A DNA stretch of 64,000 nt, taken from NCBI GenBank assembly GCA_021797795.1, contig JAJZZB010000002.1:27601-91600 (forward strand), given 5' to 3'. This stretch comes from Actinomycetes bacterium. GTDB lineage: Bacteria; Actinomycetota; Acidimicrobiia; Acidimicrobiales; Bog-793. The notes beneath the pieces were generated by a model, which was given only the letters and a program-made list of their open reading frames with translations, ran no database searches and had not been told where the DNA came from. A program made the translations under genes and the position numbers. Positions 19,725 through 28,380 of this stretch are shown here, one piece after another; position 1 is the first letter of the stretch, and the number at the start of each line of letters is the position of its first letter.

Positions 19725-21068
19725 ATGCAGGACGAGGTCACCCTCGGTATCGACATCGGGACGAGCTCGGTGAAGGCCGTGGTCGCCTCGGCGGACGGGA
19801 ACGTCCTCGCCCGGCGCAAGATACCGAACCGGATCGGGTTCCCGACCTCTGAGCGGATGGAGCACGACGCCCGCCGGGCGTGGCGCCTCGCACCGCGGCG
19901 CGTCCTCAGCGAGCTCGGCCGCCTGAAGGTGCCCGAGGCCTCGGCCATCTGCGTCGCCGGCCTGGTCCCCTCCCTCACGGCCGTCGACCAGCGCGGCATC
20001 CCCGTCTCGGCCGGCCTGCTCTACGGCGACACCCGCGGCTCGCGCCTGTCGAAGGTGTCGAGCATGCCGGTCGGGCGCGCACCCGAGCTGCTGCGCCAGC
20101 TGGCGGCTGCCGAGCCGGGGGCCGCCGGGTACTGGCCTGTCCAGGCCGTCGCCAACCGCTCCCTCGGCGGCCCAGGTGCCATCGACGTCACCACCGCTCT
20201 CGCCATGGCGCCGCTCTACGACGGAACCAGCTGGGACCTCGCCGTCTGCGCCGAGGCCGGCTGCATGCCCGACGCCCTGCCCGCCGTGGCCGGGCTCGGG
20301 GAGCCGATCGGCAAGGTGGGCAGCTCGGTGCTCGCCTCGGGGATCGTCGACACCCTCGCCGAGCAGATCGTCTCGGGCGCCGTCGACGTGGGCGACGTCC
20401 TCGTCATCTGCGGTACGACGCTCGTCATCTGGGTCGTCTCGGACATCTGGAGGGAGGTCCCCGGGCTGTGGACGGTTCCCCACACGGTCTCGGGCCGGAC
20501 GCTGATCGGTGGGGCGAGCAACGCCGGGGGGATGTTCCTCGACTGGGCGACGAAGTTCACCGGATCGGCACCCGGCCGGACGAGTCCGGCGAGCATCCCC
20601 GTGTGGGCGCCCTACCCGCGGGGCGAGCGCACCCCCTTCCACGACACGGGTCGCAGGGCGTCGCTCATCGGGCTCGACCTCTCCCACGACCGGCCGGAAG
20701 TTCGCCGCGCGGCCTTCGAGGCCGCTGGTTTCGTGGTCCGCCAGCACATCGACCTGTCCGGCGTCCCCGCCCGGCGAGTGGTGGCGACCGGGGGAGGGAC
20801 GGGTCGCCCCGAGTGGCTGCAGGCGCTCGCCGACTGCGCCCGCCTCCCGGTCGACGTGGCGCTCGTGCCCGAGTGCGCCGCCCTCGGTGCCGCCTACGTG
20901 GCGAGGATGGCCGCCGGGCTCGAGCAGAGCCTCGACGGCGCCAGTCGCTGGGCGAGGGTCGGCCATCGGGTGGAGCCCGACGAGGCCTGGGTCGAGCCGG
21001 CCGCTCGGCGCTACGAGATGTTCAAAGAGCTCGTAGCCGACGCCGAGCAGGGGCGGCTCGAGCCGTGA
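19725..21068 (+). CDS. FGGY-family carbohydrate kinase (xylulokinase-like)
   Basis: LGIDIGTSSVKAVV phosphate-1 motif, ...VATGGGT... phosphate-2 region. 447 aa. Starts 2 nt after the upstream stop. Confidence 0.8.
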   Translation: MQDEVTLGIDIGTSSVKAVVASADGNVLARRKIPNRIGFPTSERMEHDARRAWRLAPRRVLSELGRLKVPEASAICVAGLVPSLTAVDQRGIPVSAGLLYGDTRGSRLSKVSSMPVGRAPELLRQLAAAEPGAAGYWPVQAVANRSLGGPGAIDVTTALAMAPLYDGTSWDLAVCAEAGCMPDALPAVAGLGEPIGKVGSSVLASGIVDTLAEQIVSGAVDVGDVLVICGTTLVIWVVSDIWREVPGLWTVPHTVSGRTLIGGASNAGGMFLDWATKFTGSAPGRTSPASIPVWAPYPRGERTPFHDTGRRASLIGLDLSHDRPEVRRAAFEAAGFVVRQHIDLSGVPARRVVATGGGTGRPEWLQALADCARLPVDVALVPECAALGAAYVARMAAGLEQSLDGASRWARVGHRVEPDEAWVEPAARRYEMFKELVADAEQGRLEP

Positions 21069-21484
21069 GGGCCCGCCGGGCCTTCGACGACGTGGCGGTA
21101 GGCGACGAGGCGCCCGTCGTCCGCCACGTGCTCACCCGGACGGACCTCGTGGCCTACGCCGGCGCCTCGGGGGACTTCAACCCGATGCACCATGACGAGG
21201 TGCTCGCCACCGCGGCCGGCCAGCCGTCGGTCTTCGGCCACGGGATGTTCTCCATGGGCCTCCTCGGCACCGCAGTCACCGGCTGGGCGGGCGCCGGCAG
21301 CCTCGTCCGGTACTCGGTGCGCTTCCGGCGCCAGACCTGGCCGGGCGAGACGCTCGTCACCCGGGTGGTCGCCGTGGGCAAGAGGGAGGAGGGGGGCCGG
21401 CGCCTGGTCGACCTCGACTGCTCGCTCGCCAATTCCGATGGCGAGCAGAAGGTGGTCGGCTCCGCCACGGTCGCGCTCGACTGA
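21065..21484 (+). CDS. MaoC-like (R)-hydratase hot-dog protein (HadB-like)
   Basis: GTG 21065 overlaps the kinase stop (GTGA). YAGASGDFNPMHHDE...GHGMF hydratase motif. About 139 aa. Confidence 0.75.
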   Translation: MRARRAFDDVAVGDEAPVVRHVLTRTDLVAYAGASGDFNPMHHDEVLATAAGQPSVFGHGMFSMGLLGTAVTGWAGAGSLVRYSVRFRRQTWPGETLVTRVVAVGKREEGGRRLVDLDCSLANSDGEQKVVGSATVALD

Positions 21485-21488
21485 GCGC

Positions 21489-22946
21489 TCACGAGGTGCT
21501 GCCGATGGCGTCGCCGAGAGTGCCGAGCGGCGGTGATCCGAGCGAGAGCAGGGCCTCGTGGAAGCGCCGGTGGGAGTACCGCTTGCCCCAGGCTCCCGTC
21601 GCCTCGTCGCGAAGGCTCTGGATCTCGAGCTTGCCCCAGGTGTAGCGGCCGTAGGTCGGGTCGTAGGTGCCGCGGTTCGCCTCGGCGAGGGCGGCGGGGC
21701 CGCGCAGGAAGGCATCCTGCTCGAATCGGTGAGTCACCTCCTCGAGGCTCATCGAGCGGCGGTGGATGCCGAGCGAGCAGGCGAGGCGGGTGACCCGGAG
21801 CAGGGCCTCCAGCCAGACGCCGATGGCGAAGCGGGGGTCGTCTTCGCGAAAGCCCTCCTCGACGAGCAGCTCCTCGGCGTAGTGCGCCCATCCCTCGACG
21901 AATGCCGAGGAGGACAGGGAGCGGCGCACGTCCGAGCGAGCGAGGCGGATGAGGAGGCGGTGGTGGGCGAAGTGGCCCGGAGTCACCTCGTGCGCGGTGA
22001 TGGTCGGCAACGTCGTCGCGCTGAAGACCTGGCGCCAGTCGCGCTTCGCCCGCTCGTCCCAGGTCGGCTCCGGCGGGTTGACGTAGTACCACGCCGGAGC
22101 CTCAGCCTCGTAGGCGCCTCCCGGTGACATCATCGCCATGGCCCAGCGTCGCGACTCGGGAGCGGCGCCCACCCGGCACTCGCCGCCCGGGTCGGGGATG
22201 AGGTCCCGGCCGAGGGTGAAGGCGGTCACCTCTGCGATGAGGTGGCGGGCCGCCTCCTGGATGCCCTCGTCGTCGGGATGGTCCGCCAGCAGCTCGGGGA
22301 CGAGCTGTGCCGGCGTTGCACCGCTGCGGTAGCGGTCGCAATCCTCGGCGAGGCGCTCGGTCAGGCGCCGGCGCTCCGAATCTGCCCGCTCCTCGAGCCG
22401 GCCGAGGTCGACCGGCATCCCCTCGGGATCGCCGAGGAGACGAGCGAGCACGTCGTCGCCGAGGGCACAGTCCGGGGTCCCGCTCTCGGCTGCATGCTCG
22501 AGCCGGGCGACGAGGCGGGCGTGAGCCGCCAGCGCCGGTGCGTCGTCGACTCCGACGGCGAGGCCACGGGCCCCCCCGAGCAGGGCGGTGGCGACGGGCG
22601 CCGGCGTCCGGTCGAGCGAGCTGAGCGAGGCCTCGACTGCCTCCGGCCATCTCGAGAGGTGCCGCGCCCGGGCGGCGGCTCGCTCTTGTGTCGGCGCGTA
22701 CTCCCGCGCGTAGCAGGCGAGGTCGAGGTTGTCGATGTGGACCAGCGGATTCCAGCGGTGGACCTCGGCGAGCTCGTACTCGGCTCTCAGCCCGGCCTCG
22801 GCAGCGAGGAGGTGCGCCTCGTCGTGGGGATCCGGATCGGGGTCGGCGCCGACGGGCGCCAGCCGGTCGAGCGCCGCCCGGACCCCGGCGGGGGAGAGGT
22901 CGAGCACCTCTCCGTCGTAGTCGTGGACCCCGGCGTACTCGCGCAT
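21489..22946 (-). CDS. DUF885 family protein (metallopeptidase-like HExxPGH motif)
   Basis: TAHEVTPGHFAHH motif and family-like length. ATG 22946 chosen because the upstream in-frame residues are junk-like and collide with the 23044 gene. Confidence 0.7.
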   Translation of the reverse strand: MREYAGVHDYDGEVLDLSPAGVRAALDRLAPVGADPDPDPHDEAHLLAAEAGLRAEYELAEVHRWNPLVHIDNLDLACYAREYAPTQERAAARARHLSRWPEAVEASLSSLDRTPAPVATALLGGARGLAVGVDDAPALAAHARLVARLEHAAESGTPDCALGDDVLARLLGDPEGMPVDLGRLEERADSERRRLTERLAEDCDRYRSGATPAQLVPELLADHPDDEGIQEAARHLIAEVTAFTLGRDLIPDPGGECRVGAAPESRRWAMAMMSPGGAYEAEAPAWYYVNPPEPTWDERAKRDWRQVFSATTLPTITAHEVTPGHFAHHRLLIRLARSDVRRSLSSSAFVEGWAHYAEELLVEEGFREDDPRFAIGVWLEALLRVTRLACSLGIHRRSMSLEEVTHRFEQDAFLRGPAALAEANRGTYDPTYGRYTWGKLEIQSLRDEATGAWGKRYSHRRFHEALLSLGSPPLGTLGDAIGSTS

Positions 22947-23043
22947 CTCCGAGAGGGACAGGTCCCAGATCGCACCTAGGCGCGGCGAGACCGAAGAACG
23001 AATGGATCCGCGATTCGACACGGCGAGACGGTACCGTGAGGCG

Positions 23044-23274
23044 ATGGCGCCCCGGTACCGATGCAGAGCCTGCGGGAACCTCACCCGCTTCGACGTCGTG
23101 GCGACGAGGAGGACGCTGAGCTACCACCACTTCAGCCTCGGAGGAGAGCTCGTCATCGAGGAGCAGGCGGTGCTCGAGGAGTCGGTGGAGGAGGTCTCCT
23201 GCCGCTGGTGTGCCAGCTCGAGGGCGGTGGAGCAGGTCGGCCCCGCCGTGCTGGTGGAGACGAACGGCTCCTGA
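23044..23274 (+). CDS. Small zinc-ribbon-like protein (CxxC...CxxC), function unknown
   Basis: MAPRYRCRACGN...VSCRWCAS. 76 aa with high GC3. Start inferred at ATG 23044. Confidence 0.5.
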   Translation: MAPRYRCRACGNLTRFDVVATRRTLSYHHFSLGGELVIEEQAVLEESVEEVSCRWCASSRAVEQVGPAVLVETNGS

Positions 23275-23281
23275 TCCGACG

Positions 23282-23488
23282 TCAGCCGACGCGCCGCTCG
23301 AAGCGGATGCTCGGCAGGAGACCCGCCCGCTCGAGCATCTTCATCGCTCTCGCCTCCACCACGTCGACGATGACGGCTTCGGCCCGATCGTCCGGCCCGA
23401 GCAGGAACGAGACGAGGCAGTCCTCGCAGGCCTGGGTCGCCTGGAGCGAGCAGTCGTCGCAGCTGATCGAGATCGGGTCCGTCGCCAT
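23282..23488 (-). CDS. Small 4-Cys protein, function unknown
   Basis: MATDPISISCDDCSLQATQACEDCLVSFLL.... 68 aa, ATG at 23486-23488. Confidence 0.5.
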   Translation of the reverse strand: MATDPISISCDDCSLQATQACEDCLVSFLLGPDDRAEAVIVDVVEARAMKMLERAGLLPSIRFERRVG

Positions 23489-23702
23489 CGGTGTCCTCCT
23501 GTGTCGGGCGAAGCTCGCCACGACGTCCATGATGACGAGGGGGTGTGACTCTCATGATGGTGGATGTGGAGCACGGTGCTGGCACCAGCCGGGGAGGGGC
23601 GTGCGGGCCCCCACCCGGCGCCGGGTGCATGGCAGGTCGGGGCGATCCCCGCCCGTGGCCTCGGGTGCGTGGCTCGTCGTCAGGTGTCTAACGTTCCCGG
23701 CC

Positions 23703-24830
23703 GTGCCGCACCTGCTCGTCACCAACGACTTCCCACCCAAGCACGGCGGCATCCAGTCCTACCTGTACGAGCTGTGGCGCCGGCTTCCGCCGGGGATGGC
23801 GACCGTGTTCACGACCGCCCACGAGGATGCCGACTCCTTCGACGCCGAGCAGGCCTTCGAGGTGGTGCGCAGCGACCGCTCGCTGCTGCTCCCCACGGCG
23901 GGGATGGCGAGGAGGATCGAGCGGCTGGCGGGAGCGACCGGCAGCGGGCTCGTCGTGTTGGACCCGGCGCTCCCTCTCGGCCTCGTCGGAGAGCGGCTGT
24001 CGACCAGCTATGCCGTCGTCGCCCACGGTGCGGAGATCACGGTGCCGGGCAGGCTGCCGCTCGCCCGGCACGCCCTCGGCCGCGTGCTCACCTCCGCCTC
24101 GTGGATCGTGGCGGCGGGGGGGTACCCGGCCGCCGAGGCGCGCCGCGCCGGCGGGGGACGCCTGCCCCCGGTCACCGAGATCCCTCCCGGGGTCGACGCC
24201 GGCCGCTTCCGCCCCCTCGACGAGCCGGCACGCCTCGCGGCCAGGCGTCACCTGGGGCTTCCCTCGGACGCCCTCGTGCTGCTCAGCGTGAGCCGTCTCG
24301 TGCCGAGGAAGGGGATGGACGTGCTCATCCGGGCTGTGGCACGCCTCCAGCGGACCCGGCCCGATCTGGTGCTGGCGATCGGGGGCGCCGGCCGGGACGA
24401 GCGCCGGCTGGCGGCGATCGCCCGTCTCGCCGGGGTGCAGGTCCGCTGGCTCGGCCGTCTCTCGGAGGAGGATCTCCCCCTTGCCTACGGTTCCGCCGAC
24501 GTGTTCGCGATGTGCTGCCGGGAGCGCTGGCTCGGCCTCGAGCAGGAGGGCTTCGGCATCGTCTTCCTCGAGGCCGCCGCCTGCGGAGTCCCCCAGGTGG
24601 CCGGCCGGAGCGGTGGCTCCGCCGAGGCGGTGGAGGACGGCGAGACCGGGTTCGTCGTCTCCGACCCGGGGGACGAGCGCCAGGTGGCGGCGGCCCTCGA
24701 GCCGCTCCTCGACGACCCCGCGTTGCGCCGCGAGCTCGGCCAGGCGGCGAGGACCCGTGCGGTCGAGCAGTTCTCCTACGACCTGCTGGCACGGCGCCTC
24801 GAGCGGAGCCTGCTCGAGGCGGGCGGCTGA
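23703..24830 (+). CDS. GT4-family glycosyltransferase (PimB-like mannosyltransferase type)
   Basis: GTG 23703, then VPHLLVTNDFPPKHGGIQSY. C-terminal EQEGFGIVFLEAAACGVPQVAGRSGG (E-x7-E GT4 motif). Real part of track ORF 23061..24830. Confidence 0.85.
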   Translation: MPHLLVTNDFPPKHGGIQSYLYELWRRLPPGMATVFTTAHEDADSFDAEQAFEVVRSDRSLLLPTAGMARRIERLAGATGSGLVVLDPALPLGLVGERLSTSYAVVAHGAEITVPGRLPLARHALGRVLTSASWIVAAGGYPAAEARRAGGGRLPPVTEIPPGVDAGRFRPLDEPARLAARRHLGLPSDALVLLSVSRLVPRKGMDVLIRAVARLQRTRPDLVLAIGGAGRDERRLAAIARLAGVQVRWLGRLSEEDLPLAYGSADVFAMCCRERWLGLEQEGFGIVFLEAAACGVPQVAGRSGGSAEAVEDGETGFVVSDPGDERQVAAALEPLLDDPALRRELGQAARTRAVEQFSYDLLARRLERSLLEAGG

Positions 24831-24944
24831 CCGGCCGGGACGCGGACCTCCGGCCGGCCCGCAAGAATCGGACACGGGCCTGTCTCGCCAGGTACTGTCC
24901 CGACCGGCAGAATCGCGACAGCGGACCCGAGGAAGGAGCGAGAG

Positions 24945-25388
24945 TTGGCGGAGCACACCACCGAACGGATGCTCGTGGACGCCACTCCAGAGCGGTGCTT
25001 CGCGGTCGTGGCCGACATCGAGTCCTACCCCGACTGGGTCGCCGATCTGAAGCGCGTCGACGTGCTCGAGCGGGACGAGCGGGGGAGGCCGGTGGTCGCC
25101 GCCTTCCGCGCCGCCGCGTTCGGCCGGTCGACCAGCTACACGCTCGTCTACGACTACTCGAAGGCCCCCGAGGAGTTCGCCTGGGTCCAGCGCGACGGCG
25201 ACCTGACGAACCGCCTGGACGGCTACTACCGGTTCGCGCCCGCCCCCGACGGCCGCACGGAGATCACATACCGGCTCGTGGCCGAGCTGAGGGTCCCTCT
25301 TCCGGGGTTCATAAAGCGGCGCGCCGAGGGGAACATCCTCCACGCCGCCGTCCGCGACCTGAAGGCCCGCGTCGAGTCCCGAGCGTGA
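24945..25388 (+). CDS. SRPBCC (polyketide cyclase/dehydrase-like) family protein
   Basis: 147 aa. VDATPERCFAVVADIESYPDWVADL pattern. TTG start preceded by GAAGGAG. Confidence 0.75.
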   Translation: MAEHTTERMLVDATPERCFAVVADIESYPDWVADLKRVDVLERDERGRPVVAAFRAAAFGRSTSYTLVYDYSKAPEEFAWVQRDGDLTNRLDGYYRFAPAPDGRTEITYRLVAELRVPLPGFIKRRAEGNILHAAVRDLKARVESRA

Positions 25389-26380
25389 TCAGCGTCGGCC
25401 TCGACGTCGGGGGCACGAAGATCCTCGGCGTCGCGGTCGACGAGCGCGGCAGGGTCCTCGCCGAGGAGCGGCGGGCCACCGTGGACAGCGGCCCTGCGCT
25501 CCTCGACGACCTGGCCGAGCTGTACACGACGCTCGCCGGGCAGGCCGCACCGGGCGGCTCGGGCGCACCGCCGCCGCTCGGGGTGGGCGTCCCCGGCCTC
25601 GTCGACCCGGGGGGCACGCTCGTGTTCGCGCCGAACCTGCCCGGCGCGGGCGGCACCGACGTCCGCCGCGGTCTCGCCGGCCGCTTGAGCCACACCCGGC
25701 CGGTCATCCAGGTCGACAACGACGCCACGTGCGCGGCAGCGGGAGAGTCGGCCTTCGGAGCCGGCGCAGGCCGGTCCGACGTCCTGTTCGTGACGGTCGG
25801 CACCGGCATCGGCGGCGGCATCGTCGCCGGCGGCCGCCTGGTGCGTGGGTCGAGCAACTTCTCCGGCGAGATCGGCCACATGGTGGTCGACCCGCACGGC
25901 CCACCGTGTGGCTGCGGGCGGCGCGGGTGCTGGGAGCGGTACGCCTCGGGGTCGGGGCTCGGGCGCATCGCCCGTGACGCCGCGCTCGCCGGGAGGGCGT
26001 CGCGGGTCGCCGCGCTGGCGGGCGGCGATGCCGATGCCGTGCGGGGCGAGCACGTCATGAGGGCTGCAGACGAGGGTGACGAGGAGGCGGCCGTCATCGT
26101 GGAGGAGTTCGCCTGGTGGCTGGCGCTCGGCCTCGCCAACCTGGCGAACGTGCTCGACCCGAGGGTCGTCGTCATCGGCGGTGGCCTCGTGCGGGCGGGG
26201 GAGGTGCTGCTCGGCCCGGTCCGCCGGTCCTTCTTCTCCCAGGTCGAGGGTGCGTCGGTCCGCCCCCTCATCGAGATCCTCCCGGCGGCGCTCGGCGACC
26301 GGGGCGGTGCCGTCGGCGCGGCGGTCATCGGTTTCGACGCCTTCGGGATCACCGTCCCTCGTCCTACGGCTGCGCGGTGA
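25385..26380 (+). CDS. ROK family glucokinase
   Basis: GTG 25385 overlaps the upstream stop. GLDVGGTK, DNDATCAAAGE, CGCGRRGCWE zinc motif. Real part of track ORF 23564..26380. Confidence 0.85.
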   Translation: MISVGLDVGGTKILGVAVDERGRVLAEERRATVDSGPALLDDLAELYTTLAGQAAPGGSGAPPPLGVGVPGLVDPGGTLVFAPNLPGAGGTDVRRGLAGRLSHTRPVIQVDNDATCAAAGESAFGAGAGRSDVLFVTVGTGIGGGIVAGGRLVRGSSNFSGEIGHMVVDPHGPPCGCGRRGCWERYASGSGLGRIARDAALAGRASRVAALAGGDADAVRGEHVMRAADEGDEEAAVIVEEFAWWLALGLANLANVLDPRVVVIGGGLVRAGEVLLGPVRRSFFSQVEGASVRPLIEILPAALGDRGGAVGAAVIGFDAFGITVPRPTAAR

Positions 26381-26420
26381 GCGGTCCCGGACGGGCTCTC
26401 ACGTCTGTGGGTCGCCGCCG

Positions 26421-27137
26421 GTGAAGCTCGGGGTCACCCTGCCGACCTTCTCCGGGGACGCCGGCGCCGTCCTCGAGGCGGCGAGGGCGGCAGAGGCGGC
26501 CGGCATGCACGGGGTGTTCAGTTTCGACCACCAGTGGCCGATCGGGCATCCCGAGCGGCCGTCGCTCTCTTTGTACCCGATGCTCGGGGCCGTGGCGGCC
26601 GTCACGAGGCGGATCGGCGTCGGCACCCTCGTGGCCCGCGTCGGCCTCCTGCCGGACGAGGTCGTCGCCGCCTCGCTCGAGGGCCTCGGCCTCGTGCTCG
26701 GCGACCGACTCGTCGCCGGCCTCGGGACCGGAGACGAGGAGAGCGAACCCGAGCATGAGCGCTACGGGCTTCCCTACCTCGGTCTTCGGGCACGCACGGA
26801 CTCCCTCGAATGGGTGCTCGGCCGGCTCCAGGAACGGCGGATCGAGTGCTGGGTGGGCGCCGGGCGCCATGTCACGAACGAGGTCGCCGGCCGCACCGGC
26901 GCCGTCCTCAACTTCTGGGGGGCGACCCCTGAGCGGCTGGCGGCGGCACGGGTGCGATACGGGGTGCCGGTCACCTGGGCAGGGCCGATCCCCGACGGGG
27001 CGGACCGGGCCGCCGACCTCCTCTCGTCGCTGGAGGAGGCTGGTGCCCGCTGGGCCGTGTGGGGGTGGCCCCACTCGCTCGAGGCGGTCCGGGAGGCGGC
27101 GGTGGGCGCCGGCCTCTCCCTCGCCGAAGGGAGCTGA
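26421..27137 (+). CDS. LLM-class (luciferase-like) flavin/F420-dependent oxidoreductase, short form
   Basis: VKLGVTLPTF...AEAAGMHGVFSFDH...GVGTLV pattern. The GTG 26421 start is inferred. Confidence 0.65.
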   Translation: MKLGVTLPTFSGDAGAVLEAARAAEAAGMHGVFSFDHQWPIGHPERPSLSLYPMLGAVAAVTRRIGVGTLVARVGLLPDEVVAASLEGLGLVLGDRLVAGLGTGDEESEPEHERYGLPYLGLRARTDSLEWVLGRLQERRIECWVGAGRHVTNEVAGRTGAVLNFWGATPERLAAARVRYGVPVTWAGPIPDGADRAADLLSSLEEAGARWAVWGWPHSLEAVREAAVGAGLSLAEGS

Positions 27138-27171
27138 GAGGAAGACCGAGTCTACCGATGAGTAACCTCAG

Positions 27172-28365
27172 GTGATGGAGCTCCGCCGCGTCACCGATCT
27201 GCCCCCGTACGTGTTTGCCGAGATCAACCGGATGAAGCTCGCGTCGCGGCGAGCCGGCGAGGACGTCATCGACCTCGGCTTCGGCAACCCCGACATCCCC
27301 TCGCCCGAGGTGGCGGTGGACAAGCTCTGCGAGGCGGCCCGCAACCCGCGCAACCACCGGTACTCCGCCAGCCGCGGCATCCCGAAGCTCCGCGAGGCCG
27401 TGGCGGCGCTGTACCTGCGCCGCTTCGGCGTCGAGCTCGACCCCGAACGGGAGGTCGTGAGCACGATCGGGGCGAAGGAGGGACTGGCTCACCTGATGTG
27501 GGTGCTGCTCGGCCCGGGCGACACCGCCCTCGTCCCCTCGCCGTCCTACCCCATTCACCTCCAGGCCCCTCGTTTCGCCGGGGCGACCGTGCTGCCGGTC
27601 CGCCTCGAGCACGTTGCAGGCGGGGATGCCGGGGCCGCCTGGGTCGCCAACGTGGAGGCCGCATGGCAGGGCGCCTCTCCCAAGCCCCGAGTGCTCATCT
27701 TCTCCTTCCCCCACAACCCGACTACTGCCTGCGTCGACCTCGCCGCCATGGCCTCTCTCGTGGCCTGGGCTCGGGAGCGGGAGGTCGTGCTCGTCCACGA
27801 CTTCGCCTACGCCGACACCGCCTTCGACGGGTACCGGCCGCCTTCGATCCTCGAGGTGGACGGGGCGAAAGAGGTGGCGGTCGAGCTCTACACCCTCACG
27901 AAGTCGTTCTCGATGGCGGGCTGGCGGGTCGCCTTCCTCGTCGGCAACGCCGAGCTCGTCGAGGCGCTCGCCACCTTGAAGAGCTATCTCGACTACGGCA
28001 CCTTCCAGCCGGTCCAGATCGCCGCCACGGTGGCGATGAACGAGGCGCGGGACTATCCGCTCGAGGTCAACCGGCAGTACCGCGAGCGCCGCGACGCCCT
28101 GTGCGACGGGCTCGGGCGCATCGGCTGGGAGGTGTCCCGGCCCCGGGCAACCATGTTCGTCTGGGCCGAGATCCCGCCTGCGTACGCCGCCATGGGGTCG
28201 CTGGCCTTCGCCAAGCTCCTGCTCACCACCGCCGGGGTGGCGACCTCGCCGGGCGCCGGCTTCGGGGAGGGCGGAGAGGGGCACGTCCGCTTCGCCCTCA
28301 TCGAGAACCCGCAGAGGATCAACCAGGGGGTCCGCTCGATGCGACGGGCGCTCCCAAAGCTCTGA
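27172..28365 (+). CDS. Class I/II PLP aminotransferase (alanine/aspartate aminotransferase-like)
   Basis: DLGFGNPDIPSP, NPTT, LTKSFSMAGWRVAF (PLP-lysine motif). 397 aa. Confidence 0.9.
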   Translation: MMELRRVTDLPPYVFAEINRMKLASRRAGEDVIDLGFGNPDIPSPEVAVDKLCEAARNPRNHRYSASRGIPKLREAVAALYLRRFGVELDPEREVVSTIGAKEGLAHLMWVLLGPGDTALVPSPSYPIHLQAPRFAGATVLPVRLEHVAGGDAGAAWVANVEAAWQGASPKPRVLIFSFPHNPTTACVDLAAMASLVAWAREREVVLVHDFAYADTAFDGYRPPSILEVDGAKEVAVELYTLTKSFSMAGWRVAFLVGNAELVEALATLKSYLDYGTFQPVQIAATVAMNEARDYPLEVNRQYRERRDALCDGLGRIGWEVSRPRATMFVWAEIPPAYAAMGSLAFAKLLLTTAGVATSPGAGFGEGGEGHVRFALIENPQRINQGVRSMRRALPKL

Positions 28366-28380
28366 TCCGGCGACGGCCGG

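Noticed and set aside
23564-25384. Upstream part of the 938-aa ORF 23564..26380
   Set aside because: It is an alternative frame of the GT4 and SRPBCC genes and is extremely Arg/Pro/Gly-rich. Only the ROK glucokinase part from GTG 25385 is real.
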